A DNA stretch of 64,000 nt from an uncultured delta proteobacterium (GTDB taxonomy: Bacteria > Desulfobacterota > Binatia > Binatales > Binataceae), in contig CAVQEQ010000001.1 in NCBI GenBank assembly GCA_963711565.1, positions 1,152,001 to 1,216,000 of the forward strand, written 5' to 3'. The notes below the pieces were generated by a model. The model saw only the letters and a program-made list of their open reading frames with translations. It made no database searches and had not been told where the DNA came from. Shown one piece after another: positions 1 through 10,406 of this stretch. Position numbers and translations under genes: made by a program. The first letter of the stretch is position 1. Every line of letters begins with the position of its first letter.

Positions 1-493
1 GCCAGACCTGACGGCCGCCCCAGCAAAAGCCGGTGATGCCGAGTTTGATCGTGTCGGCCTTACCCGTGCTTTTCGCCCATGCCACGGTCGCGTCGAGATC
101 GGATGCAACTTGTTGGTCGGGCACCTTCGCGACGACCATCGCGATGATCTGATGTATGTCACTCATGCTCGCGACATCGCCCTCGCGCGAATAGAGCAGC
201 GGCGCAACCGCGAAGAAGCCGAGCTTGGCAAGGCGCCGGCAGATGTCCTTGATATGTTCGTGGACGCCGAAGATCTCGTGCACCACCAGCACGGTCGGAA
301 AAGGACCGCCGCTCGCCGGCATCGCGCGATACGCGGGAGTCTCGCCTCCTTCGACCGGAATCTTGACCTCGCCGGCGATGAGTCCGTTGCTGTCAGTCGT
401 AATCGTGTCGGCCGACACCGGTATCACCGCCAGCGCGAAGCCGGCCGCGAGACTTCCTACAACGAACGCGCGACGCGAGAGTTGAGTTTTCAT
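1..493 (-). CDS. Dienelactone hydrolase family protein with Tat-like signal (3' end outside window)
   Basis: Not in ORF track. Manual translation from ATG at 493 gives [29 protein letters not shown]...[27 protein letters not shown]...[14 protein letters not shown], with the HEIFG and GFCWGG motifs of the DLH family. Confidence 0.85.
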   Translation of the reverse strand, partial: MKTQLSRRAFVVGSLAAGFALAVIPVSADTITTDSNGLIAGEVKIPVEGGETPAYRAMPASGGPFPTVLVVHEIFGVHEHIKDICRRLAKLGFFAVAPLLYSREGDVASMSDIHQIIAMVVAKVPDQQVASDLDATVAWAKSTGKADTIKLGITGFCWGGRQVW

Positions 494-515
494 ATTTTCA
501 ATTTCTGCAAGACGG

Positions 516-1463
516 TTAGCTGGAACGCAAGGGAGTTTCGCGCATGAAGCGGATGGTGTCGTCCAAATCGCGGATGCCGGCGTCCGAGCCCAGGCCTTGC
601 GCAACCAACGCCGCGGCGGCATTGCCGAGCTTCATGCATTCCAACGGCGGCCATCCCAGCCGTAACGCGCGGATGAAGCCGGCGCAGTACGCGTCGCCGC
701 ATCCCGATGTGTCGACGACTGAAATATCGTGCGCCGCCAGATGCACCCGCTCGTGCGAGGTCGTCAGCAGGCTGCCGCCGCCGCCCATCGTAAGTACGAC
801 TCCACCCGCGCCGAAGAGCAACAACTGCATCGCCGCCTGTTCGGGTGTGGATGTCTCCGTCAAGTTGCAAGCTTGATCGGCGTTGGGCATGAACCAATCG
901 ACGAACGGCAGCGCCGGCTTCAGGATCGTGAGCAGTTTCGGCGAGCCTTCGCTCAGAATGTCCATGCTGGTGGTCGCGCCGCCGTCACGCGCGCGCCGCA
1001 ATATCTGCACAGCACCATCGCGCCCGAGTCCACGCATCGAATCGGTGCCGCCGAGATGCAGATGCGACGCGCTCTCGATCAACGGCCACGGTACATCGTC
1101 GATCGAATAGACGGCGTTGGCTCCTATCGCATGCAGCGCGGGCCGATCGCCGTTCGGCCTGATCGGCAGGATGCTCGCTGAGGTCTGGACGCCGGGCTTG
1201 CGGACGACGTGACTGGTATCGACGCCGTAACCGTTCAGCGCGCGGATGAGCACGTCGCCAAGCGCGTCGTCGCCGACCGCGCCGACAGTGGCAACCGAGA
1301 GTCCCAATTTCGCGAGGCCGACCGCAGTGCCCGCCGCGGATCCGGCCGGCGCGAGGCGAATCTCGTCGAGCAGCACGCTGCCCTGCCCCTCGGGGATGTG
1401 CGTGACGAAGCGGCCGAGGATGTCGAGGACGTGCGCGCCCAGCGTCACCACTTCGGCGTTCAT
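516..1463 (-). CDS. PfkB/ribokinase family carbohydrate kinase
   Basis: [19 protein letters not shown] and the C-terminal [13 protein letters not shown] PfkB signature. Confidence 0.9.
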   Translation of the reverse strand: MNAEVVTLGAHVLDILGRFVTHIPEGQGSVLLDEIRLAPAGSAAGTAVGLAKLGLSVATVGAVGDDALGDVLIRALNGYGVDTSHVVRKPGVQTSASILPIRPNGDRPALHAIGANAVYSIDDVPWPLIESASHLHLGGTDSMRGLGRDGAVQILRRARDGGATTSMDILSEGSPKLLTILKPALPFVDWFMPNADQACNLTETSTPEQAAMQLLLFGAGGVVLTMGGGGSLLTTSHERVHLAAHDISVVDTSGCGDAYCAGFIRALRLGWPPLECMKLGNAAAALVAQGLGSDAGIRDLDDTIRFMRETPLRSS

Positions 1464-2152
1464 CAGTGATTCGTCTGCTTGCGCGCGATTTCGCGATCCT
1501 GCCGCGCGATGACCGCGGCGTGAAGTTGCGCGACGGTTTTTTCAGGCAGAACGGTGATTGGTTTGCCGGTCGCGAGCGCCTGCATATAGATGTGCGCGGA
1601 TTTCTCGAGCAGCTCGACAAAGGTGAACGTCTTGTCGAGGTCGGTGCCGATACAGAGCGTGCCGTGGTTCTGAAGTATGTAGCAGTGGCATCGATTGGCG
1701 AGCTTGCGCGCGACGTTGTCGTGCAGCTCGCGCGTTCCCGAAAGGGCGTAAGGCACAACGTCGATCACGTTGCCTATCGCCAGCGTGACTTCGTCGAACA
1801 GCGGCGGGATCGGCTGATTCAGTATGCTGAGCGCGCTCGCAAACGTCTGATGAGTATGGATGACGGCGCTCACGTCGGCGCGAGCCTTGTAGGTCGCGAT
1901 GTGCATCGGAGTTTCGATCGACGGTTTGTGCTCACCCTCGATTGGCGCGAGGTCGAAGTCCACGACGCAGATATCTGCGACCGCCATCACGTCGTACTGC
2001 ATGCGCGTCGGCGTGACGACAACGGCGTCCTCGCCTTCGACGAGCATCGAGACGTTGCCGGCGCTGCCCGACTTTGATCCGAAGTAACCGTCTGCAGACA
2101 GCCGCTGGCTGATGCGCAAGACTCGCTGCTTGTAATCGTCGTAGCGTCCCAT
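1463..2152 (-). CDS. Class II aldolase/adducin family protein (fuculose-1-P aldolase-like)
   Basis: AGNVS, PSIETPMH, VIHTH and LQNHG metal-binding motifs. Stop/start overlap with the kinase. Confidence 0.88.
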   Translation of the reverse strand: MGRYDDYKQRVLRISQRLSADGYFGSKSGSAGNVSMLVEGEDAVVVTPTRMQYDVMAVADICVVDFDLAPIEGEHKPSIETPMHIATYKARADVSAVIHTHQTFASALSILNQPIPPLFDEVTLAIGNVIDVVPYALSGTRELHDNVARKLANRCHCYILQNHGTLCIGTDLDKTFTFVELLEKSAHIYMQALATGKPITVLPEKTVAQLHAAVIARQDREIARKQTNH

Positions 2153-2157
2153 CTCGG

Positions 2158-2209
2158 AAAAAAAGCGCCCCCGGGTACCGCTCGAATCTTACGATACCGC
2201 GGGGACGAC
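2158..2209 (-). terminator. Probable intrinsic terminator after the aldehyde dehydrogenase
   Basis: Minus strand reads GTCGTCCCCGCGGTATCG...CGGTACCCGGGGGCGC followed by T7. Confidence 0.55.
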
Positions 2210-2223
2210 TTTACTCAAACAGA

Positions 2224-3633
2224 CTACGAAAGCTTGACCGAGTTCACGACCTGGATTTCGGTGAAGCCCATCAGGCCCCAAGTGCCGTTCTCCACGCCGA
2301 TGCCGGACCACTTCGCGCCGCCAAACGGCAGATTCGGCGCGATCGCAAGATGCTGATTGACCCACGCCGAACCGCATTCGAGCTGCGACGCGACCTCTGC
2401 GCCGCGCGCCGAATCGTTGGACCATACCGAACCGCTCAGGCCGAAGTGAGTCGAGTTCGCACGGCGAACCGCGTCGTTGACATCCTTGTAAGGAATGATC
2501 GGCAGCGCGGGGCCGAACTGCTCTTCATCGACGAGCCGCACGCCGTCGGAAATATTTCCGACGATCGTCGGCGCGAAGAAGTAGCCTTCCTTACCGACGC
2601 GCGAGCCGCCCGTGACAATCTTTGCGCCGTGCTTCTTCGCGTCCTCGACCAGCTCGGTCACGCGCTCGAACTGCATTTTGTTGTTGATCGGGCCGAGCTG
2701 GGTGCCGGCCTCGAGCCCGTCGCCCACCTTGACGCCCTTCGCGATTTCGCCGAGGTTGTCGACCAACGCGTTGTACATCTGCTCAGGAACGTACACGCGC
2801 TTGATCGCACTGCAGATTTGTCCCGAGTTCTCGAACGCACCCCAGAAAATTTTCGGCGCGACGACCGCGGGATCCACGTCCGCCAAAATGATCGCGGCGT
2901 CGTTGCCGCCGAGCTCCAGCGTAACTCGCTTCAAATCGGGCGCGGCCGCGGCGGCGACTCGCTTGCCGGTCTCGACCGAGCCGGTGAACGAAATTTTTCG
3001 CGGTATCGGATGACTGGTCATCCACGAGCCGAGCTCGTCGCCGCCCGATACGACGTTGAGGACGCCGGGCGGAACGATGTCGCGCAGAATCTCGCCGAGC
3101 ATCAGCGTCGTAATCGGAGTGTACGGCGACGGCTTCAGCACGATGGTGTTGCCGGCGAGCAGCGCGGGCGCGATCTTCCACATCCCGAGCATGATCGGAT
3201 AGTTCCACGGCGTGATCGCGGCGACGACGCCGAGCGGTTTGCGCTTGATTTCGATTTTGCTGTCTGGCGTGTCCATCAGCACTTCGGCGGGCAAGTCGAG
3301 CATGGCGGTGAATGCGCACCACATCGAGGTGAGCATGATTTCCTGCGCCGCCTTGTCCAGCGGCTTGCCCTGCTCGAGCGTGAGAGTGCGCGCCAATCCT
3401 TCAGGCGGCTGTTGCAACGCGGCGGCGCAATCCTGGAGGACCTTGCGGCGCGCGTTGATGTCCTTGCTCCAACCGGGGAAGGCTTTTTGCGCGGCCGACA
3501 TCGCCTGATCGAGTTCAGCTTTCGAGCAATCGGGAACCTCGGCAAAGATTTTTCCGGTGGCGGGATTGATCACGCCAGTGGTTTTCGATCCCTTCACCGA
3601 CTTGCCGTCGATAGTCATGGTGTATCCGGGCAT
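2224..3633 (-). CDS. NAD(P)-dependent aldehyde dehydrogenase
   Basis: ITPWNYP, FTGS, LELGGND, catalytic GQICSA and EEQFGP motifs. Start moved to MPGY, which follows an AAGGAG RBS. Confidence 0.93.
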   Translation of the reverse strand: MPGYTMTIDGKSVKGSKTTGVINPATGKIFAEVPDCSKAELDQAMSAAQKAFPGWSKDINARRKVLQDCAAALQQPPEGLARTLTLEQGKPLDKAAQEIMLTSMWCAFTAMLDLPAEVLMDTPDSKIEIKRKPLGVVAAITPWNYPIMLGMWKIAPALLAGNTIVLKPSPYTPITTLMLGEILRDIVPPGVLNVVSGGDELGSWMTSHPIPRKISFTGSVETGKRVAAAAAPDLKRVTLELGGNDAAIILADVDPAVVAPKIFWGAFENSGQICSAIKRVYVPEQMYNALVDNLGEIAKGVKVGDGLEAGTQLGPINNKMQFERVTELVEDAKKHGAKIVTGGSRVGKEGYFFAPTIVGNISDGVRLVDEEQFGPALPIIPYKDVNDAVRRANSTHFGLSGSVWSNDSARGAEVASQLECGSAWVNQHLAIAPNLPFGGAKWSGIGVENGTWGLMGFTEIQVVNSVKLS

Positions 3634-3744
3634 GTGAGTCTCCTTGTACGCGGGAATCCGTGTGGGCAAACGTAATTGATTCATTACAACGCCGGTCGCA
3701 TTGCACGCAAACCGGCGTCGCGCCGACGATCAGCCGGCGGTTTC

Positions 3745-5115
3745 CTAGCTCAGGCCGGCGACCTTCAGCGCTTTTCGCTTGGCGCCTTTCAGGTCGTAAT
3801 ACCTGCGTGTGACGATTCGCTGCGCGTAGAGACCGCCGCCTGCCTGGACGTTGGTGACGGCCTTCCAGCCGCCGTATGCGTCGGCAGTCAGATCGCGGAT
3901 CGCGTGAAACAACCGCGCCCGATATTCGCCGTCGATTCCATTGCTCGTGCCCATATATTTGCGGACGAGCGGGCCGGTCACTTCGTTTTCGAGATCGGCG
4001 ACGCCCGGCGCAGTCAAGATCGAGCCGCCCGAGATGTCGTGCAGGTGCCGCACCATCAGGTTGTAGTTCGCCGCGCCGTGATACTTGCCGGCGTTGGTGT
4101 AGAGTTCGTCGGGAAACGCGCCTTGCTCCGTAATCTGGCAGTTCGCGATTGCGGCCTCGAGCGCCGCGCGAATCAAAGTGGCGTGGATCAGCATCTCGGA
4201 GATCTTCTCCTTGATGTGCCCTTCGCCCGCCAGACCGTTGGCTTCCGCGACGAGTTGCGCGAAGCCGACCAGCTGATCGCCTTCCTCCGCCATCGCTGAA
4301 AGACCGCCAAGTCGCTCCCAGAGCCCGAGCGAATGCGCGAAGACGGCGGCCTGCTGCACCGCACCATCGAGGAAGATGCGTTCATTCGGCACGAACACGT
4401 TGTCGAGGATTACGAATCCTTCGGCCATGTGGACTTTCGCCGAGACCGGGAACGTGCGCGTGTCGGGATGGCGCGGCGCAAAAGTCGTGTCGATAATCTT
4501 GACGCCGGGCGAGTTGACCGGCACCGCGCATCCGATCGCGTAAGCTTCCTCGCCGGGCTTCATCGCTTTGGTCGGGATCACCATCAGGTCATGCGCCATC
4601 GACGCGCCGGTGATGTGCAGCTTGGCGCCGCGGATCACGACGCCGTCGGCGCGCCGCTCAACCACGCGGGTGTAAGCGTCGGGATCGTCCTGCTTGCCGG
4701 GAGGACGCGAGCGATCGCCCTTCGCATCCGTGATGCATTCGACGATGCGCACATCCTTGCGCTGCGCGGCCTGCACGTAGTTGCGGATGCGCTCCGCATA
4801 TTCAGGCAGTGCGTCCGCGATACGCGTGGCCGCAGTGGTCAGCGTCATGATCGACTGGTAAGTCACGTTGGCAACGATGTCGGATTCGAGCAGCAGCGGA
4901 ATCCGGTCGCGCAATTCATTTGCCGAGCGCGGAATTCTCATCAGCGGGCTGACCGCCCCGGGCTCGGGCGAGTAAAATTTGTCGTAGCCCTCCGCTATTC
5001 GCGAGACGCATTCGCCGAGCAGCGGATGATTGACGATGTCGCGCACGCGCTCGCCTTCGAAGTAGGTTTCGCGGTTGTCATCGAGCGACTTCTTGTACTG
5101 CTGTCCGGTCATCAT
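3745..5115 (-). CDS. 4-hydroxyphenylacetate 3-hydroxylase (HpaB)/4-hydroxybutyryl-CoA dehydratase superfamily flavoprotein
   Basis: YFEGERV, ITDAKGDRS, GVVIRGAKLHITGA and VFVPNERIF motifs typical of the HpaB_N/HpaB fold. Confidence 0.85.
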   Translation of the reverse strand: MMTGQQYKKSLDDNRETYFEGERVRDIVNHPLLGECVSRIAEGYDKFYSPEPGAVSPLMRIPRSANELRDRIPLLLESDIVANVTYQSIMTLTTAATRIADALPEYAERIRNYVQAAQRKDVRIVECITDAKGDRSRPPGKQDDPDAYTRVVERRADGVVIRGAKLHITGASMAHDLMVIPTKAMKPGEEAYAIGCAVPVNSPGVKIIDTTFAPRHPDTRTFPVSAKVHMAEGFVILDNVFVPNERIFLDGAVQQAAVFAHSLGLWERLGGLSAMAEEGDQLVGFAQLVAEANGLAGEGHIKEKISEMLIHATLIRAALEAAIANCQITEQGAFPDELYTNAGKYHGAANYNLMVRHLHDISGGSILTAPGVADLENEVTGPLVRKYMGTSNGIDGEYRARLFHAIRDLTADAYGGWKAVTNVQAGGGLYAQRIVTRRYYDLKGAKRKALKVAGLS

Positions 5116-5289
5116 CGCAGCTATCTCTCCTTAAACGGTCGTTCAATTGGCCCAAGTCTCGCTCAGAACAAGCTCGCTGTACAAGCGCTGCGGCCCAACG
5201 AGCCTTAACTCGCGTTGACTCAGCGTAAACGAACCTGCGACTTCTAACGTCCAACGCCCTGTAACTCTCTTGAGGGGGACACCGGAACT

Positions 5290-6039
5290 TTGCGGCAGTA
5301 TAGAAATTTAATCGTGACGACCCTTGTTCTCTCGTGCTTGTTTCGAGCGTCAGCCTCCGCTGCCGCGCCTGAGTCGCAGTTCTTCGATGCCAAGGGCGTC
5401 AAGATTCACTACCTGGTTGATGGCACCGGCGAGCCGGTCATCCTGATCCACGGCCTGGACTCGAGTGCCAAGCTCAATTGGGAATTGCCGGGAATAATTG
5501 ACGGCGTGGCCGTGGACCACAGGGTCATAGCACTTGATCTGCCGGGCTACGGCCAATCGGACAAGCCGTCCGATCCCGGGGCCTATGGCCAACAATGGGT
5601 CGCGGACGTGATCCTGCTGATGGATCATCTGAAGATTGAGAAGGCGCATATTGTCGGCTACTCGATGGGCGGCATGGTCGCGTTGAAACTCATCGCTGAG
5701 CATCCCGACCGCGTTATCTCCGGGACGCTCGGCGGCATGGGATGGTTACGCGAGGGCAGCATTCTCCAAAGGATCTGGACCCATATGCGCAGCGTCGGTG
5801 CGAGGAGTATCAGCGAGCTGGCGTTGACCGAAGATGAATTGAAATCAATCCGCGTCCCGGTCGAAATCCTCGTCGGCGATCGCGACCCGATGAAAAAGTT
5901 GTACGTGATGCCGCTGCAGAGCGTGCGCAGCGATTGGCAGGTAATCGAAATTCAGGGAGCCGGTCATATTACATGCATCATGAAGAAACAATTCCTCGAA
6001 GAACTCGAGAAGTGGCTGGACTCGAATCGCCTTAGGTAA
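5290..6039 (+). CDS. Secreted alpha/beta hydrolase
   Basis: Signal peptide ending in ASA-AA, LIHG, DLPGYGQS, nucleophile GYSMGG, catalytic GAGH. TTG start after GAGGGGG. Confidence 0.85.
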   Translation: MRQYRNLIVTTLVLSCLFRASASAAAPESQFFDAKGVKIHYLVDGTGEPVILIHGLDSSAKLNWELPGIIDGVAVDHRVIALDLPGYGQSDKPSDPGAYGQQWVADVILLMDHLKIEKAHIVGYSMGGMVALKLIAEHPDRVISGTLGGMGWLREGSILQRIWTHMRSVGARSISELALTEDELKSIRVPVEILVGDRDPMKKLYVMPLQSVRSDWQVIEIQGAGHITCIMKKQFLEELEKWLDSNRLR

Positions 6040-6084
6040 ATTGATCCTTACGTCAAGTTTGGCAAAGCGCGACAATTGTGCGCG

Positions 6085-7491
6085 ATGCCTGAGTTTGATT
6101 TCGATCTCGCGGTCGTCGGCTCCGGGCCCGCCGGACATCATGCGGCCATCCAGGGCGCCAAGCTGCGCAAACGCGTCATCATGATCGAGCGCAAAGCGCT
6201 CGTCGGCGGCATCTGTGTCAATGTCGGCACGATTCCAAGCAAGACGATGCGCGAAGCGATCATGTATCTGTCGGGTTATCGCGAGCACGCGGTCTATGGC
6301 GATTCGTACCGGGTCAAGGAAAAAATCACGTTCCAGGACTTGCTGGTCCGGGTCGATCCGGTGGTGCGCCATGAGATCGACGTGTTGCGGCATCAGCTCT
6401 TGCGCAACGGCGTCGAGCTGACCACGGCGAGTGCGAGCTTTGTCGATCCGCACGTGCTCCACCTCGAAGATAAAGCGAGCGGAATGCAGAGACGGATTTC
6501 CGCCGCAACGATTGTTCTGGCCGTAGGGACCCACGCCGCTAAAGACAAGCGGACGCCGCTCGATGGAACCTGCATCTTCTCGAGCGACGACATGATGCAG
6601 CTCGACGAGCTGCCGCGCACGCTCGCGGTAATTGGCGCGGGCGTGATCGGATGCGAATACGCGAGCATGTTCGCGGCGCTCGGCGTGCGGGTGACGCTGA
6701 TCGACATGCGGCCGCGGCTGCTGGACTTCGTCGATGCGGAAATAGTCGAGAGTCTCATCTACCACTTGCGCGAGCGGCGCGTGACGTTGCGCCTGGGCGA
6801 AGAAGTCTCGAGCATCGAGGTGATCCGCGAGAACGGGATGAACCGCGTGCGCACCTGCCTGGCAAGCGGCAAACAGATCATCACCGACAAGGCTTTGTCG
6901 AGCACGGGCCGCAACGGTGCGACCAGCGAGCTGAATCTCGCCGCGGCCGGCCTCGCAACCGACGCGCGCGGCCGGATGAAAACCAACGGCGACTACCAGA
7001 CCGCGGTCGAGCACATCTACGCGGTCGGCGATGTCGTCGGATTTCCCAGCCTCGCGTCAACTTCGAAAGAGCAGGGCCGAATCGCGGTCTGCCGGGCGTT
7101 CAAGGTTCCCGCACATCACGCGCCGGAACTCTTTCCCTACGGCATCTACACGATTCCCGAAATCTCATTCGTCGGCGCAACTGAGGAAAGCCTGACCAAC
7201 CAGGGCGTCCCCTACGAGATCGGCAAGGCCGCTTACCGCGAAACCGCGCGGGGCCACATTATCGGCGACAGCAGTGGAGTCCTGAAGCTGCTGTTTCATC
7301 GCGAGACGCGCGAACTGCTCGGCGTGCATATCATCGGCGATGGCGCCGTCGAGCTCGTGCACATCGGTCAGGCTGTGATCTCGCTGAAGGGCACTATCGA
7401 CTACTTCGTGAATACGGTTTTCAACTACCCGACGCTCGCCGAATGCTACAAGAACGCGGCGCTCGACGGCATCAACCGCCTGAGCGCCTAG
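6085..7491 (+). CDS. sthA: Soluble pyridine nucleotide transhydrogenase
   Basis: GSGPAG, GGICVNVGTIPSKT (single Cys, no CxxxxC disulfide), GAGVIGCEYAS, GIYTIPEIS and FNYPTLAECYK. Confidence 0.92.
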   Translation: MPEFDFDLAVVGSGPAGHHAAIQGAKLRKRVIMIERKALVGGICVNVGTIPSKTMREAIMYLSGYREHAVYGDSYRVKEKITFQDLLVRVDPVVRHEIDVLRHQLLRNGVELTTASASFVDPHVLHLEDKASGMQRRISAATIVLAVGTHAAKDKRTPLDGTCIFSSDDMMQLDELPRTLAVIGAGVIGCEYASMFAALGVRVTLIDMRPRLLDFVDAEIVESLIYHLRERRVTLRLGEEVSSIEVIRENGMNRVRTCLASGKQIITDKALSSTGRNGATSELNLAAAGLATDARGRMKTNGDYQTAVEHIYAVGDVVGFPSLASTSKEQGRIAVCRAFKVPAHHAPELFPYGIYTIPEISFVGATEESLTNQGVPYEIGKAAYRETARGHIIGDSSGVLKLLFHRETRELLGVHIIGDGAVELVHIGQAVISLKGTIDYFVNTVFNYPTLAECYKNAALDGINRLSA

Positions 7492-10355
7492 CCAATCGCG
7501 CCGATCTCGTAAGTGATCGCGGTACCGATCCGGCGGGCCAAATCAAACAGCCTCAGCATCGGACCGAACACCGTATTGTGCTCGATCTCGTACGACAGCG
7601 CAGGCTCCGGCCGGTATTGTGATTTCTCGCCGAAGTCGTGGGGCGTATCCGCGACGCCCTCGTCATGCGGAAAAATCAGGCGCAGGCGTTCGACCGCGCT
7701 CGGCACGTCCAGCTCCAGGATTCGCGCCAGGATATCGTCGCGGGTCACGCCGAGCTGCGGACTGAAATTCGGAATCTCCATCGCCAGCAGGCAAATCCGC
7801 TGGATCACCGCGACCCGGATTCCGTGCAGCAATATCAGACGCCGTCGCGGCGCGGTCTCGGCCGGCTCGATCGCGTCGAGCAGCCACAATTGATCCGACT
7901 GCAGGCGCCGCACCAGCCGGGCCAGCCTGTCATGCCGGTCGAGCTGTTCCGTCAGCCGGGCCAATTCGCGCAACGCCTTGGCCCTTGCTGGCCGCCGCGC
8001 GCGCCCCGCGCCATTGAGCCACATCGCGGGATTGAGCGTACTGATGTATGCGCGCAGCACGTCGATCTCGGTGCGATCGAGCGCCGCCGCGACCATCTGC
8101 ACCGCGCGGCGAAAACGCGCCGACCGCTCGCGCATCGCCTGGAACATTTCCGGGTCCTTCGAGACCGCGCGCCCCACTCCGTGGAGCGTGACGGCCATGA
8201 AACCGAGTTGCTGCAGAATCGCGTTGTTCGGTATCGCCCGCAATTGCGACGGGTGCTCGATTTTCGACGGCCGCCCCCATTCTTCCGCCTCGCGCGCGAC
8301 CGGTCGCGACCCGGTCCGATAGAGCAGGTTCGTGCCGAACAGGCTCAGCAGCGCCGCATAGTCAGGATCGTCAACCAGGCTGCTGAACTCCTGCTGCACC
8401 GTCGCGAAGAATTCCGCCGAATAGTCCGGCGCTGCGTAAATCGGATCGTTGCCAGTCTCGTCGCTCACATCGAACGCGAAGTCGAGAATCTGCCGCATGC
8501 TCGCGGTCGCCGCGGCGGGAGTCAGGAACAGCAGGTAACCGTCGCCGCCCTGGAAACTGACTTCCTCTTTCACCCGCACCCCGCGCCGCTCGAACTCCGC
8601 GCGGCTGTTCGGCGGCGCCGCGTAGCGCAAGCGATCAGCGAAGGTCGATGGATGTCCGCCGCGGCCGATAGATTCTCCGTGGGTGTTGAACAGGATCGCT
8701 TCGAGCTTGGCCAGCCCATGCCGTTCGAGCAGTTGCGCGAGCCGCAGTCGCAGCCGCTCGATGCGAAACGTAGCCGCCATCTGGCCGATGAATCGCCCTG
8801 AATCTGAAAATCCGAATTGCACGCACAGCCGCCCCTGCTGTTCCAGGTACGCGCGATAGTGCGGGCTCTTCAGCGCCTCCTCGATCACCCGCTCGCCGCG
8901 CTCGAACGCCTCCTCGGTCTCGAACAGCGGCGAAATCTCGATGCGATCGGCCACCCCGAACAGCCGCGCATAGTAAAGCGCCGTCAGCAGCGTGAACCCG
9001 GTTTCCGTCTCCGCAATCAAAAACCGGATGGGCGTCTCGGCGTCGATGTACTTGACGATTTGCGCCACCGTCATCATTAGCCGCTTGGCCGACGCCCGTT
9101 CCTCCATCAGCGATTCGAAGCTGATCGTCAGCGGCCGCACGCGCCCGAGCAAATCGTTGATGATATTGAAGTACGATCGCCGATTCGCCGGATCCTTCGG
9201 CTCGGTCTCGAGGCCCACCAGGCGCCGCGCAGCGTTGTGCAACTGCGACGCGTTAAGCCGCACATGAATATGCGCCAGGCCCATGCCGTGCGTCCGCAAG
9301 CTCGCGCGTATTGCCAGCAACGCTTCGCGCCGTTCATCGTCGGGCGCCGCTACGAGGGTAGCTTCGATCGACGCGAGCATCGGCGCCGTCTCGACCAGCG
9401 CATGCGCGCGCCCCGACACCATCGCGCGGCCGAACGCCGCCGTGCATGCCGGATCGCGCTCGGCGGCGCCCAGCAATTCGATCTGACGCGCCACGGCTGC
9501 GCTCGCCGTCGCGAGCATCGCGGCGAGCGGTTCCAGTGACACCAGGAAATCGCCGCTCGCCGCGCGTTCGAGCGCGTCGACTTTGCCGCGATGGCGTTCG
9601 ATCATCGCGAGCTTGTCGGCCAAACGCGCCGCGATCGTCCGCGACCATGTGATATCAGTGCGCCCGTCCTGGTCGTATCCGACCCACGACGCCAGCGTGA
9701 CGAGGCGCGGTTCGAGTTTGGTCCAATCCTCCGGCCAGTGATCGCGAGCGACCCGCAGCGCCGTCCGATGCACTTCCTCGAGCGCATCATGCGCATGGTT
9801 GAGCGCCTCGGTCACCCATGCATGTTCGATCTCGAGCGACAGTTGGGCAGGCGGCCGATGATCCACTTGCGCCGCCGCTTCCATTCGCTCGTCGCGTCCC
9901 GCCTGATCGAGCGCGACGCCCGTGACCGTCTGATTCGTCGCCAGTTCGGCGAGGCTTCGCGCCAAGTCCAGCGTAATCGAAAACGTGGGATGAGCGGTGA
10001 AGACCACGCCGAAGACGACTCGGGAAATAGCCGCGCGAAAATCCTCGAAACCGCCCTCGCGCGCCTTTCTCTCGAGCAAATCCGCGAGCGCCCGCTCGTT
10101 CGCCGCGATCGCGGTTTCTCCAAGGTAATTCCTGAGCCGTTCGGCGCGGTCGGCAAACGTTTCCGCCGTCAATTGCCGCACCACGCGCTCGAGGCCGTCG
10201 AGATCGATCTCGCCGCGATCCATCCGCAGCATTAGATCGAGCGCGAACAGGAGAATTGGATTGCTGAACGGATCGGCCGACGCCTGCGTCCGCACACGAC
10301 TCATAATCGAGCCGAGCATCGCGGGATCGATCGCGCAGGGCGAAGATGTGGACAT
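7488..10355 (-). CDS. ppc: Phosphoenolpyruvate carboxylase, divergent type
   Basis: VFTAHPT, SWVGYDQDGR, PLFET, GFSDSG, GESIGRGG and LRAIP motifs. Confidence 0.85.
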   Translation of the reverse strand: MSTSSPCAIDPAMLGSIMSRVRTQASADPFSNPILLFALDLMLRMDRGEIDLDGLERVVRQLTAETFADRAERLRNYLGETAIAANERALADLLERKAREGGFEDFRAAISRVVFGVVFTAHPTFSITLDLARSLAELATNQTVTGVALDQAGRDERMEAAAQVDHRPPAQLSLEIEHAWVTEALNHAHDALEEVHRTALRVARDHWPEDWTKLEPRLVTLASWVGYDQDGRTDITWSRTIAARLADKLAMIERHRGKVDALERAASGDFLVSLEPLAAMLATASAAVARQIELLGAAERDPACTAAFGRAMVSGRAHALVETAPMLASIEATLVAAPDDERREALLAIRASLRTHGMGLAHIHVRLNASQLHNAARRLVGLETEPKDPANRRSYFNIINDLLGRVRPLTISFESLMEERASAKRLMMTVAQIVKYIDAETPIRFLIAETETGFTLLTALYYARLFGVADRIEISPLFETEEAFERGERVIEEALKSPHYRAYLEQQGRLCVQFGFSDSGRFIGQMAATFRIERLRLRLAQLLERHGLAKLEAILFNTHGESIGRGGHPSTFADRLRYAAPPNSRAEFERRGVRVKEEVSFQGGDGYLLFLTPAAATASMRQILDFAFDVSDETGNDPIYAAPDYSAEFFATVQQEFSSLVDDPDYAALLSLFGTNLLYRTGSRPVAREAEEWGRPSKIEHPSQLRAIPNNAILQQLGFMAVTLHGVGRAVSKDPEMFQAMRERSARFRRAVQMVAAALDRTEIDVLRAYISTLNPAMWLNGAGRARRPARAKALRELARLTEQLDRHDRLARLVRRLQSDQLWLLDAIEPAETAPRRRLILLHGIRVAVIQRICLLAMEIPNFSPQLGVTRDDILARILELDVPSAVERLRLIFPHDEGVADTPHDFGEKSQYRPEPALSYEIEHNTVFGPMLRLFDLARRIGTAITYEIGAIG

Positions 10356-10406
10356 TTCACGGCGATCGTAGCCGACGAAAAAAGTTATGGCACACGCCTT
10401 CCAGAG

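Noticed and set aside
3745-5115. Assignment as 4-hydroxybutyryl-CoA dehydratase (abfD) or hpaB
   Set aside because: The Fe-S cysteine motif is absent and no reductase partner is present, so only the superfamily is supported.
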